A stretch of 59,235 bases of DNA, counting the filler, from Sphacelaria rigidula (Eukaryota), in assembly GCA_964200075.2 (NCBI GenBank). It is 9 parts of 9 records of this genome, joined end to end, with 100 filler letters (N's around TTAATTAATTAA, not from the genome) between each part and the next. Parts side by side here need not be neighbours in the genome. Positions count along the whole stretch, not along the records: positions 32,967 to 39,459 come from CAXNAA020019754.1; positions 39,560 to 46,051 come from CAXNAA020019755.1; positions 46,152 to 52,643 come from CAXNAA020019756.1; 6 more parts are not named here. One strand, written 5' to 3'. Under the pieces are notes generated by a model. It worked only from the letters and a program-made list of their open reading frames with translations, was not told where the DNA came from and did not search any database. Both the position numbers and the translations under genes were made by a program. This document shows positions 37,806 through 51,132 of the stretch, one piece after another. Positions within the stretch are counted from its first letter, which is position 1. Each line of letters begins with the position of its first letter.

Positions 37806-38690
37806 ATTGTCGCAGGTCGAAACGCGGACTGCTTTCCACACAAGAAGGAGAAGAAGCAATAGCAGCAGCACCAGCAGCATGTTCACTGCCAGTAGATGCG
37901 CGCGGCTGGGGGTGGGTCTGAATCAGCCAGTGCTGATACTGCTGCTGATTCTCCTGGTGCTGCCGTTCTTCCTCAATAAAGAGACGGTCCGCGTTTCGAC
38001 CGTGCTATCACACCCACGCACCTTGCACGTGATGGCCACCATGCTTTAAAGCGCTGATCCGTACTACCCGCCGATGGGCCCATGCTTCCTCACTCGGCTA
38101 AGCACCGGGAGATATAGCTGTGCGCATCTCTCTGTGCGAGCTGTACCCCTCGGGTGTGTCTCGCACGCGTGGCTACTGCTGGTGATGGGAATAAAGCCAG
38201 CGTCCAATACAGGGGAAAACAAGTGATACGTACTTGTACTGAAAATACTATAAGGGTAACAACACCAAACAGGTCATACAAGTAGTCGATGTCGAATGGG
38301 AGGAGGCAATAACGCGCCAGGTGCATGATTATTGTCGCACGTCGAAACGCGGACCGCCTCCCACACGAGAAGCAGCAGCAGCAGCAGCAGCAGCATCTTT
38401 ACTGCCAGTAAATGTGTACGGCTGGGGGAGCGTCTAAATCAGCCGGTGCCGATGCTGCTGCTGCTGTTGCTCTTCATCGTAGACGGTCCGCGTTTCGACC
38501 GTGCTACAACACCCACGCACCTTGCGAGTGATAGCCACCGTGCTGGACAGCACTGGTGCGTACTACCAGCCGATGCATGCATGCTTGCTTACTCGGTGAA
38601 GTTCTGGGAGATATAGCTGTGCGGATCTCTCTGTGGGAGTTGTTCACGTGGAGTGTGTCTCCCACGCGTGGCTAATGCTGATGAGTAATG
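37806..38690. repeat. Diverged tandem duplication (about 525-bp period) of a foldback element
   Basis: Units start ATTGTCGCA.GTCGAAACGCGGAC at about 37806 and 38331. Each contains an inverted repeat: 37815-37829/37987-38001 (15 bp perfect) and 38341-38356/38484-38499 (16 bp perfect). Confidence 0.9.
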
Positions 38691-39459
38691 AAGTCAGCTT
38701 GGTTACTGCCAGTGACGGGGAAGCCAACCGTCTGTCCCAGAGCCCAGCAGCCCACGCCTTGCAACCATATGACGTTGCACTTCGCATTCTCGCGCAAATG
38801 TTGATCCGCTCTCACGAAAGTTTATTTCATGTTTTAGCACTCTAGCTCCCGCCTGCGGTGCTTGCATTTTTTTTTTTAAATCCCGAGAAGTGTTGATCGG
38901 TTCCTTTCCCTCGTTGACCGTGAAGTCGAATTTTAGGTTCTCACGACACAGCTGTTCTCCACTATTGGGCATGTTGTGAGCAAAGATCCCACATCGCGTG
39001 ACTTCACGAAGAGTCGAACCCATGTCCCGACCGTGAGAAGGGTTCGAGGTTACCTACTAAGCCACCGTGGCGACCGGTGTTGGATACTAGTCGTCATTAA
39101 TTCGCAAACGAAGCAAAGGCTCCTGTACTGCCCTTTTGCACGCAGCTATGTACTGTCTGTTCTTCTCTAACCCGTGCTTGCATGTGTTGTACAATGATCT
39201 ATCTGTCTTAGCTGCTGTCCTGCATGTGCCTTACGATGTTCTGCTGCCACCTGTGTATGCATGCATACGTACTGTACAGCTGTATTACTACAACTGTATC
39301 TACCGTCTGTACTGTTGCATGGCGGCACTGGCTGCATTGTACCGTTGCTGCTGCACCGTATACGGTGGGTGCTGTTTGTACTTTGTGATGTGTGCAGGCT
39401 ATACTTAACCCTTTGGGAACCCTCCCCTCCCGTCCCCGGGCCAGACGCCTCATTATGAG

Positions 39460-39559
39460 NNNNNNNNNNNNNNNNNNNNNNNNNNNNNNNNNNNNNNNNN
39501 NNNTTAATTAATTAANNNNNNNNNNNNNNNNNNNNNNNNNNNNNNNNNNNNNNNNNNNN
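39460..39559. other. Artificial contig spacer
   Basis: N44-TTAATTAATTAA-N44. Confidence 0.98.
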
Positions 39560-40689
39560 TCTGCGGTGGCGTTGCCGCGGTTCCGCGGCGCGCGGCCCCC
39601 CCCCCCCCCCCCCCCGAGCTCTGGAAACCCCTCGATGTCTCGGGACTGTCGGCCTGTAAAACTGTTCCGAGGCGATGCTCGCTGTCCAAGGGTTAAGGTA
39701 AACTTGAAAAATGATCGACTTTAGTTTTTTTTTCAGCCATGTCCTATGATAGGAGTACACGACAGAACAGAGGATTAACCATTTGGTCGTTTTAGAGCGT
39801 ATATATCAGACATACGTTAAACGTCTGTGGTTGGCGGAACAAGTTTCCTGATCGTCGTTAGGTATCTCATTACTTCGGGAAAACTTCCCCCATGTGAGAT
39901 ACCTGCCCAATGAAAAGCTCCCTGAAAGTTGACACCTATATATCACGTTTTGAACGAACTTCGCTCAATATTGCAGCCCATCCATATCAGCTGCTCGTGA
40001 GAGCAATGATAGAGCAAGAGCCGGGATTTGTTCCTCAGGAACGCTGAAGACGTCATCAAGGAGGGATAATTATTTTATACGAGTACACGCTGGTTCACGC
40101 TTCATAACCAACAAACACTAATCCGCAAATCTTGACGCCGTTTCTAGGAGATAGACCTTGAAGGTTTGCACAATTTTGCTATGGATCATTACGCAACTTT
40201 TGAAGGTCGTGGTTTTTGACGTTCTTGTTTTTCCTTTTTTCGCCGTTCTTTTGGTGATCATCAGGGTTTAGGGGGAAACTTGGACCCCCTCCGACCCTCG
40301 AAAAACAGTAAGTATGTGAAAAAAAATAGAGCCCCCGTCCATCAAAAGTTGCGTAGCAACTCATAGCACATTTGAGCAAAGTTTCAGGGTCTAACTCCTA
40401 CAGACAACGTAAGGTTTTGCGCGTTTGTGCAACAACGTGAACTAAAAACGTGCAAACTCCTAACTACTTGGTTTGAGTATGAACACGCCTTTTGGGGGCG
40501 TATTCACCGTTTAAACCGTTGGACGGCGAAGGTAGTCCATGTGGGCCATCGATACCTCTTCGAAGTGAAACTGATGATGGTTCATCAGATGACCCACTCT
40601 CGCTGTCCAAGGGTTCAGGCGAGAAAATCTGTATGAGATTTCAAGATTTTCGACCAATCTTTGTACATTTGTTCCTTGGACTACCCCTG

Positions 40690-41330
40690 GACGCATGATA
40701 CTTCTTCACCTTTTTTTCTAGGTATTCTGTACCGCCTTCCGGGGGTCTTCAAAACGGGACCGCCCGAAGCCGGAGGAGAACGGAGAAAATTTCATATGTT
40801 GCCAAGAACACCATTTTTCCATTTGAAGCATCAATACGTATGAAACTGTCAAATTTGAGGGCGATCTGATATTTTTTACGAAAGATAGGAGGGAAATCAT
40901 CACGAGGCTCTCCAGGTTTTTCGCGCGTATCATCAGTCGAACTTAGACTACGCCAAAACTCCACATCACCGAAATTTTACATCATGGTTTCGGGTAAAAT
41001 TCGATCCCGTGATAACCGTCTTCAGATCTGTTTCTTCCCGTCAGATTCCGAGCTGGTGGCAGTTACTACAATTCAAAGCACGTGGAGATTGGGTGAATGT
41101 TGGACTTCGAATTCGTATTTTCGATTTCAGAACAATTTGAGGGGCGCTGATTGGTCGAGGTACCTTTTCGCCCTTAGCGCCGCCACTATGGCCTTAAATT
41201 CAAATCCGGCTATGTCACGCTCTTCAGTTGCTCATGGGGGTCGGTATGATATTATGTACGCGATTTTTGGGTAGGTGTTGCGAAAGTGTTTTTTGTTGAT
41301 GACACAATTTCGGGTGAAAACGGTGAACCA
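40690..41330 (+). repeat. Dispersed repeat family C, copy 1
   Basis: Colinear with about 54530-55150 (TTTGAGGGCGATCTGA; ACGCCAAA.CTCCACATCACCGAAA; AATTCGATCCC; GTGGAGATTGGGT; TTTTCGCCCTTAG; CTCTTCAGTTG; GATGACACAATTT). Confidence 0.85.
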
Positions 41331-44300
41331 GCCTGTATGCAGCGATGTAAATTGTGCGTGCATTTGGTGAAGTGTGACGCACGTGGATATATACAGAAAA
41401 ACAGAAAACAGGGACATGACGGGACCGCTTATGCACGGTGGAATAGGCGCGAACGTTGAGATTTCGCAGACATATCATGACTTTCCTGTGCATGTGCACT
41501 CGCGAGGCTCTAGATATTGATACACACATACGACATAACACCATACCGCACAACACAACACAAGAGAACATATTCACATACTACAAACTACCCAGTGAGG
41601 TAGGTACTTAATGTCATCTGCGCGTCACCAGCTTTAGAGACGTATCGACCAAGCTTCCACAGATATGGGACACTATTGTTTGACGCATATGCGCACAGGA
41701 CGTTCGGCAAACGTGTTCTCGAAAACATCGTATGGACATACACGGAGCCGCGCCCCGGTGGTCTGTATTAAAATGGTCCAACTGACACATGGCACTGGCA
41801 CATGACACATGACATCACTGTAGTAGGGTGAGGAAAACGCGGACAAGCGCGTCACACCTCCGTGGGTACGATTCGAAAATGCCAAGTTGGTTGGTGTTCA
41901 CTTGTTTGTGTGCACTTGTCCGACAGTACAGCATGCTGCAGCAGCCAATTTATGTCACCATGCTCTCATGGCCATCACTCGCGGACGGCGACCGATTACA
42001 AGAAACTCAAACGATCACAGTTCCCGCCTCGTTCCAGGCTCTCTAAGGAAGCTGGGTTTGTTGCGGGACAATCACGAGAAAAACGGGACAGCAAGCGACA
42101 CGATGATTCTCTGGAAAAAAGAGAGGTCCTGATTATGAGTGACACCGCGATGGACCAATGCGTGTCATAAAAATCATGAGTTACAGCGCCATCGACCTCT
42201 TCGCATGCCTTCAACGATGCCGGCTCTCGTTCTCCACAGAGCGGGTGTGATTTGGTGTCCAGCAGGAGAGAATACCCGTGAACTTGGGTCAAGATCACAA
42301 TGCCAGCGAAATTTCTTGCTTGTTTCAAGGACACCAGGTGATGCTCACCTTATGAGTTCGATCATTGCCCCCTGCTCACCCCTGCTTTTGACTATGCCAA
42401 CCGTCGCCCGAAACGTCGACAGTCCCATCGGCACTCTGAGCTCTGAACCCGTTTCCTCGGTCGCCTGCAGCGGATACAGACCATATGTATATTTGTTCGA
42501 AATCAGCGTGGCATGTGGAGGTTTCGAAGCGTTTCCTGGATGGATTTTTCCATATTATTGCGAGCCGAGCCCTACTCTATGGTTCAAACGATTGCTAGCA
42601 ACGGAGCTACATTGGCATCTCGTCGTGCGTTAGCTGTTTGCCTTCTTACTGTCTGCAGCAAGTTCTGTAGGGCTTCGGAATAGTTTACATTCTTGGCGAG
42701 AAAACTGCTGTACTTTCGATGTGTTTTCACGACTGCTTTGGCAAGCGGCGGCATGTCCAGACCGCATGGGTAAAAAGGTCACTCTACGGTATTTACAGTT
42801 CGAAACGAAACAGTTTGGCAAGAGGTTTTCCCGACTATCCGACCGGTCAGCATTCTGCGTAGGTAGCTGAATTTTGAATCATCAGCTTTACATTCCGTAT
42901 TTCGCGAATGGTGGGGATTTTTGGAATAATGAGATGAGATACTACATTTCATATAGTTACAGGCTCTCAAATGGAACTCGTTCTTTGATCTGTTTCAGAA
43001 ACGAACTTCTGAGATGATTCAAAATCGCAGGCAATCTATTTTGGGGCGCTCTTGTTGGATTATTCGGAAGAGCGCTACAGTTATTAGGTATTGGTGCATC
43101 TGTCGCCCAGCATATGCACCGTCGGACAGTCGCAATAAAATACCCTCCGCTTCCTGACCATGGCATCCATACCTTTGTTTTTCTAGAGTGAATTTCATCG
43201 TGACCCCGAAGAAATTACGTGTGCTTCTGGGAAGTAGCGCAACTGCAAAATATATCAGAAGGGCAGCCTGGGATCTTCTTGAAAGAAATAGCTTCCGTTC
43301 GTCATTTATTCGCCTAGTGCAACGGTGCGTGCTCGACGGCTTCACCAAGGACCATGCACGCCATGACACTTCAAACCCTGTGGACCGTGCTATGCTGATG
43401 AAATGATGGCGAGGCTTGCATCTTCCAAAGCCCGTTTTACACAACCTACACACGCCCCCTCTCCGAAAGCACTAACCGGACAAGCTAGCATCTAAGCCCG
43501 GGATGGTGGACGTTCATCACCCAATTTGCGGATCCATGGAAATGCTAGTTTGATGTATCGTCTCTGCCGTTGGACGCCACCTTAGTAGCCTGTTTCGAGT
43601 GGCTTTCTTACCTTGAGTGACACGCACAGCTCGAGTCTGCGGTTGCGGCGACGCGGATCGTAGTCCATGTTACGCACATCCAGAACCTGAAGCTTGATGG
43701 GAAAATCCGGCTTGACTGATTCCTTCTCCAGAAAATTCCTCACGCGATATGCTACTGACTGTTGCGTTTCACAGTCAAGCACGCCAAAACAGAATAAAAA
43801 ATAATACTATGATCGATCAACGATCAACGATCAACAGCAAGGGTACGAGAGGGGAAGATGGAGATTTGATTTTGATTGAGTGTCGCACTTTAAGTGACTC
43901 CCCAGGGGTCCAGCCGTGGTCTCATAATAGAGATACTACCTGAGTATTTTGTGGAAGCGCAACGTGAACCCGATATCCACACACGCGCCTCCCTATCCTA
44001 AAACTGCCCACAACCAAGGCAGTCCTTCGCTATATGCAATACTGGTGGTCGTTGTTTCAGTGTGCATAGCTCCAATACACCATGTCAATTTCCTGGCAGC
44101 ATAAGTGGACTAAAACTATTCAAAATACAGGTGCGCGTTTACCACGGGGCCACGTGTTGAGAGCGCTGCCAGGTGCTGGTTCAGGTACTCAAGACTGTCG
44201 TTTCCGCTCTTCGTTTTATGTACGCAATCTTCAGCAGTCTTATTTGGTAACGAAAATACACACAACACGCTTGGAGAAGACATTTCTCCATGGTACAAAC

Positions 44301-46051
44301 GGCATGTCCCCTCTTGTGCAGCATGTACCCCTTGTTGAACACTGTGCCTTTCGCTAACGTGGGTTTGTAAATGCGGTACATGGGGCACAGACATGTACCT
44401 CTTTTTGGCTACAGTACAGTTAACGTTCTGCGGACCGCAATACCCTTTTAGGAAAGAGCGCCAGGCGTATGTTCTGCCACGGGACGATGGTTCCCACTCC
44501 CCCCACCAGCTGCGAGAGATGGTTCACCAGCATGTCCAAAAAAACTTCTTTCGCCGTCGGCTGACAAACACCAACAAGCAGCGAGATGGAGGTCAGGGAG
44601 AAACCAAGGGCGCAAAACAGAAACAACGTAAAGAAGGTCACGCAAGACAAAATCAGCAATTAGTCCAGGTTGCTCCAGGATTATATGCCACTGTTCAAGC
44701 ACTCAGCACGTTGACGGTATGATCCCATGAATAGTGGGAAAATTGTGATAATCTCCAACGCGTCCAGTGCGATCTTTTTCACGGCAGCCTCGCGCACCTG
44801 CACACAGATGATCGATAAGCCAACATCATGTACAAGAATTAATCGACCGTACCCTTACATAACCAACAATGAATTGAATGTAACATTAGATACTATTGAA
44901 GAGCAGGCGACCCAACACATGGAAATTTGATAGTGAGATGTAGCACGTTCAAGACTTGACTGAGATGGGGTCATGCCACAGCTGAGTCAAAGCTAACATT
45001 TCGATCGACCAAGGCAATGTACTGACGATTACTTACTACATACCCACCGTGGAAAATTCCACAAGGTCCGGAGAGTTCAGATGGGGGTTGGTATCTCAAG
45101 AAACACGTCGCCGGTCTGAGGCAGTATGCCACCATTTTGAGACGTTATGTTTCCGGTGTTCACGATGGGGGTGCGTCGCAACTCAACGTAGGCGGTCGTT
45201 CAATTAAACACTTCAAGGCCATGAAGATGTCGGAAACGCCAACCATGGGACTTTGGAATATGTGAGGTCATGTCGAAGACAAGATTAAGATGTTGAGCGT
45301 TTCGGGCTTACTCTTGCGTAATGCTTCAAGGTAGCCGACATTTTCAGGTGGAAAGTGTTCATGAAGCGCTTGATATGAGTACGTCAGTACGCCACAATCA
45401 TATTATCATACCATTACGGCACAAAGTCACGACACCCATACTATAGCCATATCGCCACAACATCACACCACCATACCATTTGACACCTTCAGTATTCTGC
45501 TATATCGATATTTCATTACACTGCAATCTATTTCACGCGCTGAAATTTCACACTATCTTGGTGGAAAAACCATGCCAGGGTTGACACTAGCAGTGTGAGT
45601 TTAGTGTGCCTTCAAGTGACCACAAACATATCGTGGTACACCACCGCCTTGTCACGACACCATGATTATCGCCCATCTATAATGAAATACGACATACTAC
45701 CGCTCCAGCATGACGTCATCACAACATACCTGCTGGTACGTAATTGTGCCCTCATTTCATACCTCAAGGCGACAACCCTCTTCCAAGAGAATGTTGCCTT
45801 TGAAGCGCGCGAGATACAGGCGAGTGAAGCGCCCCAAGCTGTCATGTTCCTCACTCTCCCCCAACAACGGCTTCTGCACGATACTCTTGAACACCAGACC
45901 GGCCTTGAACTATTAGTGCGTGCAGAAGATAACGTGAGAGGGAACGAAAAACATACTTGGATAACGATTACCAACAAAACTCTCAAACCTTGCAGGGGTC
46001 CGACGAATAATGATTCGTCTGGAAATTGCTTGGTTTTAGTATGATGAGTCG

Positions 46052-46151
46052 NNNNNNNNNNNNNNNNNNNNNNNNNNNNNNNNNNNNNNNNNNNNTTAAT
46101 TAATTAANNNNNNNNNNNNNNNNNNNNNNNNNNNNNNNNNNNNNNNNNNNN
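46052..46151. other. Artificial contig spacer
   Basis: N44-TTAATTAATTAA-N44. Confidence 0.98.
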
Positions 46152-49149
46152 TAGACTGGTGCCCAGAATAAATGGGACGACATCACACAACAACACAGGT
46201 GGCTCATGAGATGCTGTCGGACGTGTGGAATCTTTGACAGCGACTCGAAAAAATGAACGTCGGTTTTAAAACGGCGGCATCGCTTTCTGTTTTTGCTAGA
46301 AAGATTGAAAACATGTTGAAATTCGTCCGAGGTGGTTACCCTGCTCTGTCCGCAGCGGAACGCTCCGCGGCTAGTCATCACCATGTGAGGGGGGCAATAT
46401 TCGTGGTCTTGAAGTTATCAGCACTAACCGTGCTGCTTTCACCGCTGGTCTCGTCTAGCTTCCAGCCTATCGGTCGTTAGTTGGAAAAGACGATGTTGTG
46501 TGTGTGTGTTGAGTGTGTCTCCCCCGGCAGGTTTAGCCGTCACAAGATCTGAGCACGCGTTGTTTTGTACCTCTGTGGTCTTTTTGGCTATGAGGATGGA
46601 ACATGTGTGATTTTACGCCTAACCCGTCGGAACGAAGCCTCGGCAAGTAGAAAAGAGCATGCTCAGGCGAGTTCAGGCGTCACTCATTCTTCAGTGTAAG
46701 GTTATTGTATCGACTAGTTCGGGAGCTGATGAAGGGATGATATCTGAAACATCGTGTGGGGGCAGAAATGAGATGGTACACCTCGGCCGCACCTTTTCGA
46801 ATCGGGCATGCGACTTTTTCTGCCGGCCGTCATGCTCCGCTTTTAGGTCTTTTTACGGTAGCCCCCCCCAACCCTCCCCCCCCCCAAAACCAGCCCAATA
46901 CGACGTGGGCCGGCAGTAAATCCCACAGTGTCTCTCTGCACTACAACTTCTCAGGTTTCCCAAATCAGCGCGACTTGATCATGTCGTTGTGAACTGCAGA
47001 CTAACCTGGTGAGACACGACACCGCCGCTGCTTGATTGGCGCAGTTTTGGCGATGATGTCATTGTACTCCATTAAGTACCGGGTACGTCTCTTGCTATTA
47101 CGTGACAACATTTTTGGAGAGGTTTATTTTCACAAAATGCGGTGGAATCACGATAGAGCGTTGTGTCGCATAGGCACACGCACACCCGACATGCCCAGGT
47201 AAGCGCACACTGGTCGTGCTGCAAGATGGCATCAAGCTCGTCATAAGCTCCATAATGGGAGAGAATCTCCAAGCCAACTGTTGTATATCACCGCACGAGG
47301 GAGCAGTACTACTTGAAACTGCGCTATACGCCCCCCAGGAGCAAGACCGTCACCAAAAACTCGAGACCCTTTGCTACCCAGAGGTACAAAAGATAATGCA
47401 CAATTTGTGATTGAAAAAAGGTTTCTGTCGTGTGGGAATTCGAACTTGTGGCCTGCGTAATTTGAGTCTGTTGTATCAGTTTGACCGCCGGGGTCACACG
47501 AAAAGTGCGACGCGAAGCCCAATTTTATGTATTTTTGGCTGAAGCTTTCCAAGGATGTGGTTGACGCGAGTGCCTGTGCCAGCACTGTCATCGTGTATAT
47601 CACCTTCTGAGGAAGTTACAACATTTTTCCTTTTTTTGCTGAAACTCCAACTCGCTCTAACTACCTGTTTTTTTTTGCTTTTCCCGTGACACGCCCTTCC
47701 ATGTCGAGAAAAACTTTAGTTTCTAGAAAAACACAACACGTCGTAGGTCACATTAGTTCGAGTTCGTTATCGCATGAGACTGTTGACATTTTCGCAGACT
47801 AACGTAGTTCCCAACCGCTAAGTTCCGGCTCGAATCTTTCCTTGGTCTGAGATTCGAAATAATGCTAACGACCACCGTACGCCTGCATCATACACTTGGC
47901 AGCAACATGGCGTTTGTGTGTGCAACCATTTTTTATATTGCCCAACGACGGCTCGGAAAATAATCGGAATCAATGAAAATCCAATCCTTGTGGTCCGGAG
48001 CGCAAGTGTTTTCTCTATGTAAAGAAAAACTGACGACGGTAACCGTTCGATTCTTAGGAACGGTAAGTGGTCGGTAGGGTACCCTCTCATTGTACGTGAT
48101 AATAGGAACAACTTCGTCATGACATGGGGATTTCACGATGCAACCTATTGGATGACTGTCGATGAAGCATGTTTGATTTGTTGAAACAATATGTACTGCA
48201 GTTACCTCGAACATACCAATATTTTTAATTCGAACTAGAGCAGGCAGGAGATTCGTAATCAGGTGGCATGAGCCTTGCATCCACCATGGGGAACATAGGC
48301 TGGGACGTCACTTCCGACTATCAAGGAGGCGGCCGATCGATGTGTCATTATTCAATGAGCCACATGACACTGAAATGCGCACAGTCGGCGGTTTGTGTAG
48401 GCCAAACCCCCTATCGAAGAAGGGGCATGAATGGGATAGAGGTGGAGTTGTAGTACTACATGCCGAAGAAAAGTGGATCCCAATGTCCCACGCTCCAAGT
48501 ACGGGAGAGGTGGAACAGGAGCGGTGGTTCAGACGAGGCTGGGTAACCATCGTCGTTCACACTCAAATCAAGTTATATCAACACAGTAGAGTTTATCGGC
48601 GTTGGGCTACGTTGTAGAATGGCTGATATTACTTGATTCAAGTCTGAACGACGAGAATCGCAATTTCGTGGGGCTGACAGTCCCGTGTGCTCCTCGCGTG
48701 GGCAGAGTGCGTTTTCGTTTGAATCCGCGCCACAGGCGCCGATTTGGCGTCTACCAAGGCCTCACTTTACCTAGGGAATGTATGTTCCGCCCTTGCCCGA
48801 GGGTTCTCGGTATCCGTTGGGTTGGCGTTAGACTTAGGGGCAGCTATACTTGTAAAATTGGATTCAACTATTTTAAAACGGAGCCTTAGGACGGTTACTT
48901 AGCTTCTGCCTATGCTACACGTCAACGTGTCGTGCGACAATTTGAAAGGTGCATGTGACCGTCTTTCGAATAAGCTGTTGACTTTCATTCCCATCTGCTA
49001 CTCTCAATCTCACGAAAAAATTGTTATACCTTGTCCGAAAGGACAAGGCACGTGACAGCAGGGTCCCAGAAATCAAAGTGCTACCTCTACGCTACTCCGT
49101 GTGCTCGGCGTCCAGCGCTGCAGCGTGTTGATATGGGATAAGGGACCAA

Positions 49150-49228
49150 ATGAGCTAGCTCATGATCCGGATCAGTACACTAATAAGAAGTAATACTCAG
49201 GTAGCTCATGAGCTGTCCGACGTGTGAA
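49150..49228 (+). repeat. Dispersed repeat family D
   Basis: GCTCATG.TCCGGATCAGT.C.CTAATAAGA.GTAATA.T.AGGTA.CTCATG.GCTGTCCGACGTGTGAA is also found at about 58903-58973. Confidence 0.85.
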
Positions 49229-50450
49229 TTTACTAGAGGTATCTCAAACTCGAGGTTTTCGGTATTCTTCACTGTCAAATTTCCATCCCGGGAACCTCGA
49301 GCTTGAGATACCCTTATTACATTGTCGGTCGTTGCATACCCGCTGTGTACTGCTATTCACGGCTATTTTTCCTCTCAAAGGTATGAGTGGTGATGGAGAT
49401 TCATGTATGCATGGTACATATATAAGTACCAGTACGTGGTATTGTAATACCAGTAGGTTTCACGCGCATGGGTAACTGCTCCAAATAAGTGTTCTTTTCT
49501 GCTTGAATGAACGAGGAAACCTCGAAACCTCGCCCGACACCTAACATATATCACAAATGAGTTCGTCTTGAAGCTCTGGAGAGAAAACTCTCCTACTGGT
49601 GGTCACCCTATCTACACAATCGACGCGGGGGTCGTATATATTTTTTTGCTACCACGACCTACGTGGGGCTACAGAGCGAGACGCAGATGTTGAGAATCTC
49701 GTACTTCAAATCTCAGGCTCGTATTTTTTATAATTTAATAATGTACGAGCAAGCATTTGTGCTGAACTGAACGGGAAGATTGATTGATTCATTTATTGTC
49801 TTTGATTGGTTGTCGCACTTCAGCTCAAGAATAGACATCGGAAAGTGCAAGGGGGTTGGCAGGTGAGAATCGGTAAGAATGCGCTTCACCTCAGAATAAC
49901 AAGGAACTGGCTCCACAACCACCACGGCTACATCAGGGTCCCAAGCGATCTACCTCCTCTCTTTAACTGCCAAACGACGTTGATCTGTACTGGGACACCC
50001 CATGGATGATGACAAATATGTACAAATCTCATTCAGTATACTCCTCGTACTGTGCTTTATTTTGTTCCGATTTTATCTCTCGGAAACGACCCTGGTTTAC
50101 GTACTGCTTACTGCTGGCGGACGATACAGTACTGTGCCTGCAGTTCCTTTTGCAGATGATAGAGTGGGGGTACCTTAGATGTCCCCTACTCCTATGCCTG
50201 CGCAAATAATATTTTCAATATTATGCATTTGTCGTTCTGCTCCTCTTAGAACGATGAGAATTTGGATTTAAGCATTTCTGCTGAAATCCCGATTCGGAGA
50301 GAAAATAAGACGCCGAGCCTCGCCCCCAATAAGAGTTACTAAGAGTTTCCTGACATCCATCGCATTCTGTATATTTTACCACCGCCACTGCTGTACTCCT
50401 ACTACAACTGCCGTCATTCACACTCTCCGTCGCGTATGTCAATTAACGGT

Positions 50451-50721
50451 GTTTTTGTGATATTGAGAGTGGAGGATACGATTGAGACTGAAAAGCGGCC
50501 AAGTAGTGAATGAATCGTTTCAGTTCTGACGTGTCTTTTCACAAGGTTGATATGCTTCCTGGAGTAGCTTGCCACTGAAGCCCTTGATATCCCTGAATAG
50601 GATATCGAGAAGTAGCTGTAGGCATATTTTATGCCAGTGACAACAGGCAAAAAATAGCGAGGTTCAAGGGAATGATAAAACCCAATCTCAATCAGCGATC
50701 TACTCTCAATATCACGAAAAC
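50451..50721. repeat. MITE-like element with 21-bp terminal inverted repeats
   Basis: 50451-50471 matches the reverse complement of 50701-50721 at 19/21. The same CTACTCTCAAT.TCACGAAAA motif occurs at about 22569 and 48998. Confidence 0.7.
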
Positions 50722-50939
50722 GTTTTTTGCGCTGAAGAGAGTTCTGACATGGAATCGACCCTTTCCATTAACACTGCCATATCTGCAACCTTACTTTGTT
50801 CATTTTACTTTCGTTGCCCATGGCCTAAATATATGATCGAAACCCTTCGTTTCCTTTTGCCCCAGTAACTCATCTTCTCCCCAATACCTTTTCCTTTTTT
50901 TCTTTCTTCGGTCCCAATTTTTGTATGTCGGTCCTACAG

Positions 50940-51132
50940 TGGCTTCGGGTTGATAATGGGTTTCACTCGCACCTACTACACCGTCTTCATCGAAGCGGAC
51001 GAACTTTCATACGGCGAGAACGGTCTCCAGATGGAGGGACTGCTGCAGTCCTTCGGGGTGTTTTTGTTGTTGTGGATAATGACCTACACAGGCATGGAGC
51101 ACGCCGACGGGGGCAAGGCCCCTGGTGTATAG
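50940..51132 (+). CDS. Terminal exon of a Rab5ip-family membrane protein (RAB5IF/C20orf24-like)
   Basis: Pyrimidine-rich tract and CAG acceptor at 50937-50939. Encodes GFGLIMGFTRTYYTVFIEADELSYGENGLQMEGLLQSFGVFLLLWIMTYTGMEH...stop, matching the family pattern YY..F..vDEe.fG...l..EG...SF..Fl..WI..YT. Upstream exons not identified. Confidence 0.8.

Noticed and set aside
47800..48800. Possible decayed minus-strand coding region
   Set aside because: No family motif could be recognised in any frame.
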